Source: Macrostomum hystrix (taxonomy: Eukaryota; Animalia; Platyhelminthes). Taken from it: a stretch of DNA of 64,000 bases. The position numbers and the translations under genes were made by a program. Location: positions 6,324,001-6,388,000 of the forward strand of contig CATNEN010000029.1 of NCBI GenBank assembly GCA_950097015.1. Reading direction: 5' to 3'. Under the pieces are notes generated by a model, which worked only from the letters and a program-made list of their open reading frames with translations, made no database searches and was not told the DNA's origin. Shown here one piece after another: positions 13,277 to 25,137 of this stretch (its first letter is position 1; each line of letters opens with the position of its first letter).

Positions 13277-13577
13277 CTGGAAAAGTCCTATAGGCTCCGG
13301 GCGAATTGTCCAAGATAAAAACAGAGCCGAGGTCGGGCGACACTGCGGAAAGGTTCTTGATGTAACTGCCATTGTCAACTTGGCAGTCCTGCCTGTAGAA
13401 GCCACGCCGCAGAATCTGGCGCCCGTTGTCGAGGCGTTGCGCGACAGCCTCGCCATAGATCTGCAGGGACGCTGTAAACACTACCAGATCGTACCATTGG
13501 CTAACGACATCCAGGAAGAAATCAACGTGCGGCCTCTTGCGGACAAAGAAGCGAACATTGTGCCTGTCAATCCGAAC
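13277..13577 (-). CDS. CTDNEP1: CTDNEP1 exon 4
   Basis: tttcag|GTT ... CCA G|gttagt; [37 protein letters not shown]...[12 protein letters not shown]. Confidence 0.95.
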
Positions 13578-13609
13578 CTGAAATACAACGGGCGAGGTGT
13601 TAGGGGGCG

Positions 13610-13880
13610 CACTGAAGGCTTCGGGAGACACGCTGAAGGATCAGGGACACACACTGAAGGATCAGGGACACACACTGAAGGATCAGGGACACACACTGAA
13701 GGATCAGGGACACACACTGAAGGATCAGGGACACACCTGATGGCTCAGGGACACACACAGAGGGCTCACGGACACACGCTGAGGGCTCTGGGACACACTG
13801 AAGGCTCAGAGACACACTGAAGGCTCAGAGACACACACTGAAGAATCAGGGACACACACTGAAGGATCAGGGACACTTAC
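13610..13880. repeat. 21-bp minisatellite (ACACACTGAAGGATCAGGGAC) in CTDNEP1 intron 3
   Basis: Direct periodicity. Confidence 0.9.
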
Positions 13881-13962
13881 TGAAGAATCCATAACTTAAG
13901 CAATTGAGGTATAAATGAGAATTGGCTCGTTAACTAAAGAAATGACAAACCCATTAACTCAC

Positions 13963-14081
13963 ATGAACAATGAAGTCGGCGGGCTGTTTGGTTTGGCCGC
14001 CCATCTGCACCAGGCCGTCGTGTTGCGAATGAATGAGAGTCTCATCTAGGTCTAGCACCAGGGTTTTGCGCCTGACTCGGC
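13963..14081 (-). CDS. CTDNEP1: CTDNEP1 exon 3 (catalytic DLDET motif)
   Basis: ttttcag|GC ... CAT|gtgagt; RVRRKTLVLDLDETLIHSQHDG. Confidence 0.95.
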
Positions 14082-14658
14082 CTGAAAAAATGGACAGGTT
14101 TGTGTAACACAGCCCGTTGCTTGCACGATCTTTGAGATTTGTTAAACACAATCAATCAAGATTTACTTAGTCTTAGCTTGGAATGTGGCGACAATGGAGC
14201 AATGTCGTATCTGACTGTACGGTACTGCTGAATCTAAAAAAACATTTGTTATTAAATGTTGTTAACTTTGCAACTTTAAGCCTTTAACCTAAGCATATCA
14301 CAACATTTTTTATCTAGAAAATTGATTAAAATTTGCTAACATACAATCTGTATTATGACAATTTTGTTATAAACAGAAGGTTTTGAAAAGCTTTGAAAAT
14401 CTGCTTCGTTGTTTTAATTTTTATAACATTGTGAATGTTAATATGTATAAAATTTATTAAAAAATAAAAATAAAATAGCATCACATATTATTTTTATAAT
14501 TGAGTAAAAAACTTTTTCTTAATTGTTCACATAAGACAAGCTAAAGACCCTACAATTTCAAATATGTTTATACTACCCTTTTTGCAACCATCAACTTGCT
14601 GTCCCCAGTAATAGAAAGTATTTGATGCATGGAGAGATTAACATCATTTGTGACTCAC

Positions 14659-14728
14659 AAGAGAGAATTCTTGCACTCCACAATGAACCTTTATGATTCA
14701 TTCCCCTAATGGAGCGAATATAAAAAAG
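14659..14728 (-). CDS. CTDNEP1: CTDNEP1 exon 2 (tentative): LFYIRSIRGMNHKGSLWSARILS
   Basis: tccgcag acceptor and gtgagt donor give the required phase 0 to 1; weak similarity to the vertebrate segment. Confidence 0.5.
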
Positions 14729-16613
14729 CTGCGGACACTCCTGCTAGGCGCGCAGGTGCGCAGTTGTTTTCAAGAAAAAGAGCGCAAATCCGCAATTGCT
14801 ATATATCTTCAGTCTGACTCAATGTAGTGATTGATTTCACGAAAAAATGTCAAGACATTTTTTTGATCTCCGTAGTCTATTTCTGTAATTAGAACAGCTA
14901 AGGTTGTCTTTTCGCACTTGGGCACTGCAGAGCATGTATTTGTGTAGGGGCATAAGGGAGCACTGGTTGTTATACATCTACATACTTATGACAACTTTAC
15001 AGACACAAGGCGCGGCCGCGCAGACAGGAATTTCTTTCTGTGCAGCTGCGCAGGCAATTTTTCACAAGAGCACTGGACACTGGCCACAAAAACCCCTATC
15101 GGCTCCAATAGGGATTCATTCTTAACTAGTGGTTGGTATAAACCTGGCAACAACAAAAATATAGAGGGTCCAAAATATAGTGCTAAGTCCACATACTATA
15201 AATACATATAGTCACAATGTTCTTGATCTGTAATCTGTATCCTATAAGCCAAAAAGGCAAACTGTAATTGCCTAGAGGACCTAAAATATATGAAATAAAT
15301 ACACAATTCTACTTGTACTGAATTTTAGTTGACTCTTACATGATGAGAAGAGTCACTATAGGGAACAAAAATAAAATAATGTAAATAAAATTATACACTT
15401 ATACAACACACAATTGTAATATACAGTTGCATCTCTTTGCTACAATAGCGATCCACAATAAAAAGAGGCATAAATAGTGTGCCAATAGTAGCAGTTGCTA
15501 TCATCATGCTAATTTAAGTCATATGAATATACAGGATTATAGGTCATAAACAAATTGTCTATTGATAGTGATAATGCAAGCTATCCCAACTAAGACTTTT
15601 ATATAAAAATTTAGTTTCAGGCCCAGATAGGAGTTTTTAAAACAAAATGATGAAAAAATTGAGACTTATTAATTAGGTTCTGTTGTGGACTTACATTCCT
15701 TCATTGATCAGTAAAAAAATTTTGAGAAAAAAATAATTATTGCCCAAATTTATTAGAGATTTATATAGTCATAGTCTTGTTGCCAATAGACTATAACAGC
15801 TTTAGTTAAGGAATTCCAATTGTTTTGGGCACAAGAAATTTGACCAACATTTAGGTCTAAAACATATGCTATAATTTGAAGCTTTTACCATTTAATTAGA
15901 GTATTTTTGCTAGCATTAGCTTATTGATTGTCAAGAATAGTCAAGTGAAATAGAAAAAAATGAACATATCAATATTGTGTGATCTATGGTTATACTTTGC
16001 TACAAACTTATTGAGTTTCTGACAAACCCTACACAAAGCTTTATGTGCCTTAATCTTTCAGCTATGAGCCAGGCCCAAATATACTTTAACAATTTGAATT
16101 TCTACTTCAACTAGACAAGCACTTGGACTTCATGTTCTCTTATACTGAACTGCTCATTCTGACACAACAATTGTATATTCTAAACTTTAGATATGTGACT
16201 GTCACTTTGGTCTATTGTAATTGTTTCACTTCATAATAAGTAAAGTATTATGTTTAGTTTTTTGGCTTAAAACAGAATTTTGTTATTATATTTTTTAACC
16301 TGATAATGTTAAACATGTGTGTTTATATAGTTTTGAACAAGTCATAAAAATGACCTTAGTCCAAAAAAATCTTGCACTTTTATTTTGTCACAGTAAGCTA
16401 TTTTTTGTCTTGAAATTTCAAATTATTTCCTAAAAATTCTGAAATTGAGATATTGTAGAATATTTATATCATTTAATTAGTAATAATTTAGCCAATACAA
16501 TATATTTAAAACTTTCAGTTAGCTAGCAAGAAATATGTCACCACCACATTGTCAAGTGAATATAAAAAAAGCCAGCTAATGCTTCGCACCATCTCCGCAT
16601 TTAAAGATCTTAC

Positions 16614-16706
16614 CTCGCGGCATTTTCTCCGAAGAATTAGCGAGAAAAATGTAAAAACTTTTGACAAAGACAGAAAAATATTCTTAAGTGAGGTTAAATA
16701 ACCCAT
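16614..16706 (-). CDS. CTDNEP1: CTDNEP1 exon 1 (N-terminal amphipathic/membrane segment)
   Basis: MGYLTSLKNIFLSLSKVFTFFSLILRRKCRE|gtaaga; parallels vertebrate ...FFIYLLRRQIRT. Confidence 0.8.
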
Positions 16707-19513
16707 GGGAAAACGATCATTTCTCTGACCCAAAAGCATGGAATACAGATGTATGTCTCAACAGAATTATTAAGAAATAGGATAAACCAAGTTTTTCACG
16801 AATTTCGACTCAAGTAAAATTTAGTTTCTTTCTTTATCTAGAAAATGTTGAGTCGCAAAAAAAATTTGCTCTTTCTCGGAAAAAAATAATTGTTTAAAAT
16901 TTCACATTTAAAGAGCAAAGAAAAAAACAAAAAACCTAAGACATTGCACCTTTACTTATATTTGATACTTAAAAACAGTTGAATTTAGACACGCTATCAT
17001 ACTTAAAATTACATTTACTGTTCCGTGCTATCATGCTTTCGTGTTTTTTAGTTATCCACAGTGGATCGTTCAGTCAAGGAAAAAATTACGCATCATCACT
17101 GCTTAGTCATTGCAATCCTGAATTCCTAGGATTATGGATTTCATGGATTTGATGGAATTTCATGAAAGAAAGTATCAGGGATTTTTATACTGTTTTATAT
17201 ACCGTGATTAAAATATTCGAGTATTTACCGGCATCGAAGTTTCCGAGATCAATAATAGGCGAGGATCCAGGGATCGGGATATCCCAGGATTGCCAGAGCG
17301 TCAAAAAATAGTCGCTGCAGATACGCTTAGTAAATAATCTGCTTGCAGCTTTGTAAATAGAAAATGATAGCACCGTAAAAAGCAGTGCTGCTCAGAAATT
17401 TCTGCTCAGAAATTCAAATAAAAGATAAACTAATTTTTTATTAATAATTAGAATACTCTTTGCACTATACAAATAAATGTTTAGTACAGGCTTTTTTAAC
17501 AGCGCAGTCTCTTTTTCTATAGTCATTTCTTAGCTATTCAAAAAAATTGAGTTTCTAATGAATACAGAACGGTTCTAGTTCATTTTCTACGACAAATTTA
17601 TATTTTTAGCCTATTTCAACGTATTTTATTAAATAGCTTAGCTTCATTTCCTAAGATTTTAGATTTAACGAGGCTTTGTTGCTGAAGAATTACACTATAC
17701 GTGGCTTAAAAAATACCATGTATGAATTGGTAGGTTTTTCGCTTCTTTTGGTTTACTCAAACTATCTTTTATACTATAAAATTAGCAATGCTTTGATCTT
17801 TTAAATGCACGGTAACGTACAGTATAAAATTCTCGTGATTACTTTGCTTAAGAAATTGAATAGCTGCAATCACTTTCTTTACTTGTGCTCTAAAGCACTT
17901 TTTCTGTAACAATTCTAAGATTAAGTCTTTATCTTTATACTAACCAAGAAATACAAGTGATTCAAGTTATGTTTAATCAAATTTGAAGCAATTATATACA
18001 AATTTTAATGGTGTAATTTATATATTTTTTAAACACATGAATAGTTTTTAGGGCCTTTGTTTGTTTACTAATAATATTGCTTTAGATGTAATTATTTTTT
18101 TAGAAAATTAAAATATACAAGTAGTGTTAGTGTAATTCAAACTTGTTTATAATGTAACTCCACTTTTTATTTTTATAATTGCTATATTATATATAATTAG
18201 AAGTATTTTTAGTTCTATTTTTTATATACAGCTCAATACATAACATACAAACCATATTTGTGTTAAATGAAAATGACTTACCTTTAACATGATTATATGT
18301 TATATATATATATGTAAAGGGCCCTCATTGGCCAAATTAAACTAGCTCGCGAAATATTTTTATATATTCTTTTATATGCTACAAATATCAATACATAATC
18401 TTTGTTTTAATTCACTGAAACATACTGGGAGTATTCAAAAGGATTTTGGTATAAATACAGAGGGGTTTTCATATAGGAAGCTAACTGTTTGGTCTGCCAT
18501 TAAATTGGAGCTTAAACAGGTCAGTCCCTTTGTGAGTATACTCAAAAAGCCTTACTTATTTCTAAGTAGTGGAAACCATTAAAACAGATCTGGGAAAAAG
18601 CCCAAGTACAGACTGGCCAAAGAGCCTGAATTATCTGACTAAGGTGTCTGAAACATCTGAGAGCACTGTGTCTCCAGAATTGCCTAGATCTAATATCTAG
18701 AACACTACTGGCAGAAGGCCAGAACTATCGTGTTAAGAGCCACGCTACCCAAACTATCAGTACTAGCTTAGCCTGAATTAAGCTAACTTAAGCTAACTAC
18801 AGAATTAGCTTAGCCTGGAGACCCACAAGAAGTCGTTAAGGTTTATTTTCTACCTCAGTCATTTGTCTGAGTATGTGTTGCTCTAACCATTGCCGCCAAC
18901 AGCCTACTGCCAGGATGACATAAAATAATTGCTTGTTCCCCTGCCGCTACACTCATTCGCTATATTGGTCTCTATCGTCAAATAAACAATATTATTAGCC
19001 TCAACTGAATGAACTTGTCTCCACTCGAACTCGTCTTGTCTTTGTCATATTTGATTCAATTTGAATCAATCCACCCAACGGGGGTGCAGTATAATGATTG
19101 TATAGATCACTTTAAGTGACTGAAAACAATAAATAAGTAAGTTAGGCCAACCATTTGCAGTATGCATTACTAAAGAGGATAAGCTGAATTACTAGGAAAG
19201 AGCAATATAGAAGAAGCACTACAATATATAGATTAAAAACCCAGAAAATCTCGTCTATTCATCTTTAACATTACAAAAACTGAACTTAATTTTTTAAGTT
19301 AACTAGTTAAAATTAGTTCTTAGAAATAAAGAGAATACTATTTCTTTTCCATCAAGAAAAACGTTTATTTGAAGTATCTAGGTTTCTGTTACAATTGACA
19401 GCTTTTTTTCAGTTGTAAATCAAAACAAAGTGCCTGAGTGCTTTAACACTTAATTGTTGTAAAAACGAGATTAATAAATATATTTATCATAATGCACATA
19501 AACTTTTTAACAG

Positions 19514-19665
19514 GGTGCAGAAAGCCGTGAGCGGCACCTGAAAGATGCTAATCTGCTGAACAAAGAGTCTCCATTTGGAAATTATTACACGCCAGTCATC
19601 AAGGCAAAGATTGTTGGTGGAAAACTGGTTCATGTCAGGGAAGAAAATTCTTTGTATCAGCGCAG
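19514..19665 (+). CDS. C1orf87: C1orf87-like exon A
   Basis: ttaacag|GGT ... CGC AG|gtaagc; open frame with PVIKAKIVGGKLVHVREE. Confidence 0.7.
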
Positions 19666-21167
19666 GTAAGCAAATTTGCTAAACTTTGATTCTTGAGTAT
19701 GATTTCTTCAAATATATTTGTCAAGTTAAAATATTATCTTGAATAAGTCAATGTGCTCTAACTAAGTCATCACATTATTTCTATATAGTGTTATTTGGAA
19801 ACTATATTTTCAAGTTTAGTGAACTCTGAAACGTATTGCAGCATTTTGGCCCACGGACTAACTGCTGCGTTTTAAGTAGTATGTTAGGTAAATTTTACGT
19901 CAATATTAGAAATTAAATTAAATTCAGTTTAATCTTCGCTTAGCCATCTGGCAATGCTTATCTTTCGCTGGAAGATAACTATTATTCACAGCTAATGCTG
20001 ACACAGCTGATCACAAAACATTGTCATATTCTGCACTTGTAACTCACGTGTATCAATAACTTTTTGAAGTTTACGGCTCGTAAATTAAACAGAGAGAACT
20101 GGTGCACAGAGGGTCCTTTCATCACAGTTCCTAAACCCCAAAACCTGAAGCCAAAACCAAGGGATAAAAAGTTTTGGAAAGAACCTCAACCGGACGGTTT
20201 TCAAAAAATGCGCGGTTTGTGAAACTAGCAATGATTCAGGTGGTTCATGCAGCTAATTAGTTGTTTAATTACTAAAGATATTATTTACCTTCAAATACGT
20301 TCTACTCATATTTCTTCTAAACTTCCAAAGCACGCCACAGCCGCCAACACCAACTCAAATATAGAGATTTATTATTTAAAAAGACAATAGTGAGAGTTAA
20401 ACAAAAAACGTGGACAGGTTAGTGTGCAAACAAACGTGCTGTTTATTGCATGAAACATAAAGGCCCACAAAAAAGTGTGTAAATTCCAATTCACTAAAAC
20501 AAACAGTCGCTCCACCTGTTAATTTCCCTTTTTTCTTTGAGTTTTTATCTGCGTAGAACATTGCTTGCATCGACCTCGAGGGCCAGCGTGTGAGACGAGA
20601 TTGGACAAAGAATAAAAACTCGAGTGATGCCCCGGGGAGAGTGAAAGGAGAGACCCGCAGAAGCAAATGAATGTGATGAAGAAGTTAGGCTATAGCGAAG
20701 ACTAACTTCTCTATTGAGAAAAGGAAAGCAAAATAGTTCCGAGCCTTTTGTGCACTTGCTCATTTTGAGGGCCTCTGCCCCCTATATCTGCACACAAAGG
20801 CTAACAGCCTAACGGAGTTTTTCTTATTCTTTAAGAGTTGACCCAATGACGGTTAGGGGTGGGTTGTAGCATCAAGCGTCTCCTAGGCAACGCATTGAGC
20901 TTGGCAACCAGTCTTTTCGTCCCTTGCCAGTCTTCAACCAACCCAGCGGTGTCGCTTACACACAGAACATTTCTCTCCATTACTCGCCACCTCTCTCTAT
21001 TTTTTCTTTGGGTTTTTTCACTTCATATACGACCAGAATTTGCTCCGATTCTTCTTTTCATATTTTAAATTTCCCTTCACCCTCTCTCTCACTCGCTTTT
21101 TCTGTATCTAGGGCCAGTTTGTCGCATACAATTGTCTTTTCTAATACTCAACTAACGCCATCGCCAG

Positions 21168-21343
21168 TCCTCGAGGTTTCGACGGTCCGCATCCGCTGTC
21201 GCCAGCTGTCCATCAAGTCAGGAGTCGTCAACAAGACGAGTCTGAGCGCGAAGCGAGCTCACCAGCAGCCGGATCCGGGCAGATCAGCTGGCGAGAGAAG
21301 CTCAAATTGAACTCGGATATTGAGCCGGCTGTGCTCAAAATTG
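21168..21343 (+). CDS. C1orf87: C1orf87-like exon B
   Basis: ctaac branch, cgccag acceptor, gtgcgc donor; GC-rich open frame; phase fits. Confidence 0.6.
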
Positions 21344-21658
21344 GTGCGCCAGAACGCAGACGGACAGAATCGCCGCCGGTAGTTACCATGACGACCGATG
21401 CCTCTCTTGTTTAGGACTTAGTCTACAATAACTGCCATGCTAAATCGATGTTTTTCGAGTAGTTAGCTAGCTTCGCTTCACAATAGAACTATCCTACAGT
21501 TCTTAGTTCTTCTAGCCTCCCCAAAATAGGAAGCTAAATCATTTATTTGTCATCTCAAACTATGGCGTCGGCTGAGCCGCAAGCCGCTGCATCAGCGGGA
21601 GCCCATGCCGCCTACCAGGGCCAACAATTTCGCAGGGGCAGATTTTTCAACTTCCCAG

Positions 21659-21708
21659 TGCAGAATCTTTTCCTATCTAGTCGATTTGGCATCGTGCCTC
21701 TGCCCATG
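21659..21708 (+). CDS. C1orf87: C1orf87-like exon C
   Basis: tttttcaacttcccag|TG ... ATG|gtgagc; bridges phase 1 to 0. Confidence 0.55.
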
Positions 21709-21867
21709 GTGAGCCGCCTGTTCTTGCAGGATCAAGATTGAGTTTGTTTGAGAAACTCCAACAGTTATTGCTTTGATGCTGTTGAGCAGCTATGTTGCAA
21801 TCATTCTTTTACTTTTATTGCTTTTAGTCACTATTGCCTACATCTTACTGCGTAAGATTGGATAATA

Positions 21868-22340
21868 GAACCTCATCCCTATCCCATCCACCTCATCCCA
21901 TCCACCTCATCCCATCCACCTCATTTCCATCCACCTGAATCTCATCTACCACATTCCCATCCACCTCAATCTCACCCACCTCATTCTGATCCACCTCATT
22001 CCTATCCACCTTAATCTCATCTACCTCATTCTCATCTACCTTATTATACTCCACCTCATTGTCATCTAACACATTCCCATCCACCTTAATCTCATCTACC
22101 TTATTATATACTCCACCTCATTCTCATCCACCTCATTCTGATCCACCTCATTCCCATCCACCTCAGTCTCATCTACCTCATTCTCATTTACCTCATTATA
22201 CTCCACGTCATTCCCATCCACCTCGTTCTTATCCACCTCATTCCTATCCACCTCATTCTCATCCACCTCATTCTCATCCACCTCGTTCTCATCCACCTCA
22301 TTCTCATCCACCTCGTTCCCATCCAACTCATTCCTATCCA
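21868..22340. repeat. 15-bp C-rich minisatellite (CCACCTCATTCTCAT), intronic
   Basis: Direct periodicity. Confidence 0.9.
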
Positions 22341-22391
22341 TTTTATTTCGTTCTACCGCATTAATTTGCCACTCCATTTGCCATTGTGCAG

Positions 22392-22639
22392 GAGAAGGAC
22401 AGCAAGCCAGAGTCAACAGCCGAAAGTCCACGAAGACAGCAGAGCGACCGACTCGACCTGAATCCTTACTCACCACTGCCGCCAATTCGCAACGAAAGCA
22501 GATTCAGCAGTCGCCAACCAACGCCAGGCCAGCCGCCAGCCAATCACGCAGCCGCCATGTCGGCAGCACTCAGCAACCTGTACAACCTGCTGCCCGGATA
22601 CCACGGCAAGCTGACCAGTGCACCGTTGCAGCTTACCCG
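22392..22639 (+). CDS. C1orf87: C1orf87-like exon D
   Basis: ttgtgcag|GAG ... CG|gtgaga; open frame EKDSK...LQLT. Confidence 0.75.
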
Positions 22640-22741
22640 GTGAGAAGGCAAATGCCCAATCACACACCTCATGGAAAATAACCATCCAACTCCAATCACC
22701 TAGCTCAGCCTTAACACCCGCCCCAATAAAAAACCCATCTG

Positions 22742-22975
22742 ACTCCAAACACCCACCTCACTCCAAACACCACCTCACTCCAAACACCCACCTCACTCCA
22801 AACACCCACCTTACACCAAACACCCACCTTACTACAAACACCCACCTCACTTCAAACACCCACCTTACTCCAAACACCCACCTTACTACAAACACCCACC
22901 TCACTTCAAACACCCACCTCACTCCAAACACCCACCTTACTCTAAACACTCACCTTGCACCAAACACCCACTTCA
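22742..22975. repeat. 18-bp minisatellite (CAAACACCCACCTCACTC), intronic
   Basis: Direct periodicity. Confidence 0.9.
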
Positions 22976-23116
22976 CTTCGGTAGGAATTCTGTAATTAGA
23001 ATTGAAGAATCCATCTTCATACGAGTCTATACACGCAAGAAAATTGATTCCTAGAATCCCACCCATTTCCAATTTAATCTCACAGTCTTCACTTTTTCCT
23101 TTGATTATTTATTCAG

Positions 23117-23276
23117 CGAAGACGAATACATCGTAATGCGAGAGGTGCTGAAGCAGCTGCGCTACCTGGACCCAACCAAGCTCAAGCAGGTGTACATGGA
23201 GTTAGCGAATTACGACGACGATCTCAGCGGCCTCTGTCTATTTGACGACCTGATGAAGGCTTTCGCTAAAAATAAT
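23117..23276 (+). CDS. C1orf87: C1orf87-like exon E (EF-hand-like)
   Basis: tttattcag|C ... AAT|gtaagt; ELANYDDDLSGLCLFDDLMKAF. Confidence 0.85.
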
Positions 23277-23697
23277 GTAAGTTTGTATTCGAGGCTTTCA
23301 ATTCAACTTTGGTTAACCCCTGCGATAGGTTAATGGTGCGTCGTCATTCTCTGTCACCTCCTGGGTTCTGTGAGTTCTTTGCCTATGCTCAGCTTGAGGG
23401 CAGATAGAGCATGACACAGCAAGGCTACTGCAATAACATGTATTTTCTTAGCGCAACCACATAGAACAGTCTTGTCATCAGATAGGGCTATTGTCTACTG
23501 TGAGTGCGGGCGAGTTTCTCTATGCGGCTAGCATGAAAGCATTGTGTGTAGGTGTGTAGCTAGCAGTAGGTAGAAACAGAGAGTAGCCATGCTTTGGATA
23601 TCCTGAAATTATATCTGAGACTAGACCATTTCAGTATCATTGTCACTCATTAGTTTTCCTGATTTATGTAAGTATAAAACAGGCATCTAATTTAATC

Positions 23698-23993
23698 TCC
23701 ACACACCCACCTCCATCCACACACCCACCTCCATCCACACACCCACCTCCATCAACGCAACCACCTCCATCCACGCACCCACCTCCATCCACACACCCAC
23801 CTCCATCCACACACCCACCTCCATCCAGGCACCCACCTCCATCCACGCACCCACCTCCATCCACATATACCCACCTCCATCCACACACCCACTTCCATCC
23901 ACACACCCACCTCCATCCACACACCCACCTCCATCAACGCACCCACCTCCATCCACACACCCACCTCCATCCGCACACCCACCTCCATCCACA
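23698..23993. repeat. 18-bp minisatellite (CCATCCACACACCCACCT), intronic
   Basis: Direct periodicity. Confidence 0.9.
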
Positions 23994-24234
23994 GGGCTTC
24001 AATACTGATACACTTGAAGATTTTATTTTTATTACTTCCAAGTACATTTTATTCGTTAACTTATCTAGATTCTAATCAGATTTCGAAAAAATTTGAATAC
24101 ACAATTTTATTCGTCGCTAGTATCCACAAATTACTACATATTAGATATCCGTAGATGTTAAATATATCCCTGTATGAAAGACATTTCAAAAGTCAGATAT
24201 CCCCAAAATTCTAATATCCCCAAATGTCAAATAT

Positions 24235-25019
24235 CCCTAAGTATCATTAGTTATCCCCAATATCATTAGTTATCCCCCAATATCATTAGTTATCCCCAAG
24301 TATCATTAGTTACCCCCCAATATCATTAGTTATCCCCAAATATCATCAGTTATCCCCAAATATCATTAGTTATCCCCAAATATCATTAGTTATCCCCCAA
24401 TATCATTAGTTATCCCCAAGTATCATTAGTTATCCCCAAATATCATTAGTTATCCCCCAATATCATTAGTTATCCCCAAGTATCATTAGTTATCCCCAAA
24501 TATCATTAGTTATCCCCAAATATCATTAGTTACCCCCCAATATCATTAGTTATCCCCAAATATCATTAGTTATCCCCAAATATCATTAGTTATCCCCCAA
24601 TATCATTAGTTATCCCCAAGTATCATTAGTTATCCCCCAATATCATTAGTTATCCCCCAATATCATTAGTTATCCCCCAATATCATTAGTTATCCCCAAG
24701 TATCATTAGTTATCCCCCAATATCATTAGTTATCCCCCAATATCATTAGTTATCCCCAAGTATCATTAGTTATCCCCCAATATCATTAGTTATCCCCCAA
24801 GTATCATTAGTTATCCCCCAATATCATTAGTTATCCCCAAGTATCATTAGTTACCCCCCAATATCATTAGTTATCCCCAAATATCATCAGTTATCCCCAA
24901 ATATCATCAGTTATCCCCAAATATCATCAGTTATCCCCCAATATCATCAGTTATCCCCAAATATCATTAGTTATCCCCAAATATCATTAGTTACCCCCCA
25001 ATATCATTAGTTACCCCCC
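24235..25019. repeat. 20-bp minisatellite (AGTTATCCCCCAATATCATT), left of the LINE
   Basis: Direct periodicity; the same array resumes at 31083. Confidence 0.95.
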
Positions 25020-25137
25020 TTGACTTACTTGACTTAGCGGCAGGGGGCCTCCATGACGGACGCAGCGAGGAGGCGGCTGTTGCCGCCCATATCGCTAACC
25101 CCTGGCAGCCAGACGGCCTCCAGCGAGGCGGTGCCGC

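Larger units (their letters stand above)
12121..16706 (-). other. CTDNEP1: Gene span, CTD nuclear envelope phosphatase 1 (Dullard): join(16706-16614,14728-14659,14081-13963,13577-13277,12257-12121), 239 aa
   Basis: HAD motif [54 protein letters not shown]; exon lengths sum to 720 nt with consistent phases. Confidence 0.93.

Noticed and set aside
25030-25100. Canonical HDV ribozyme in the LINE 3' UTR (UCCUCGCU, GG, GCUAA)
   Set aside because: P3 (GCC/GCG) and P2 do not pair; a simple stem-loop explains the sequence better.
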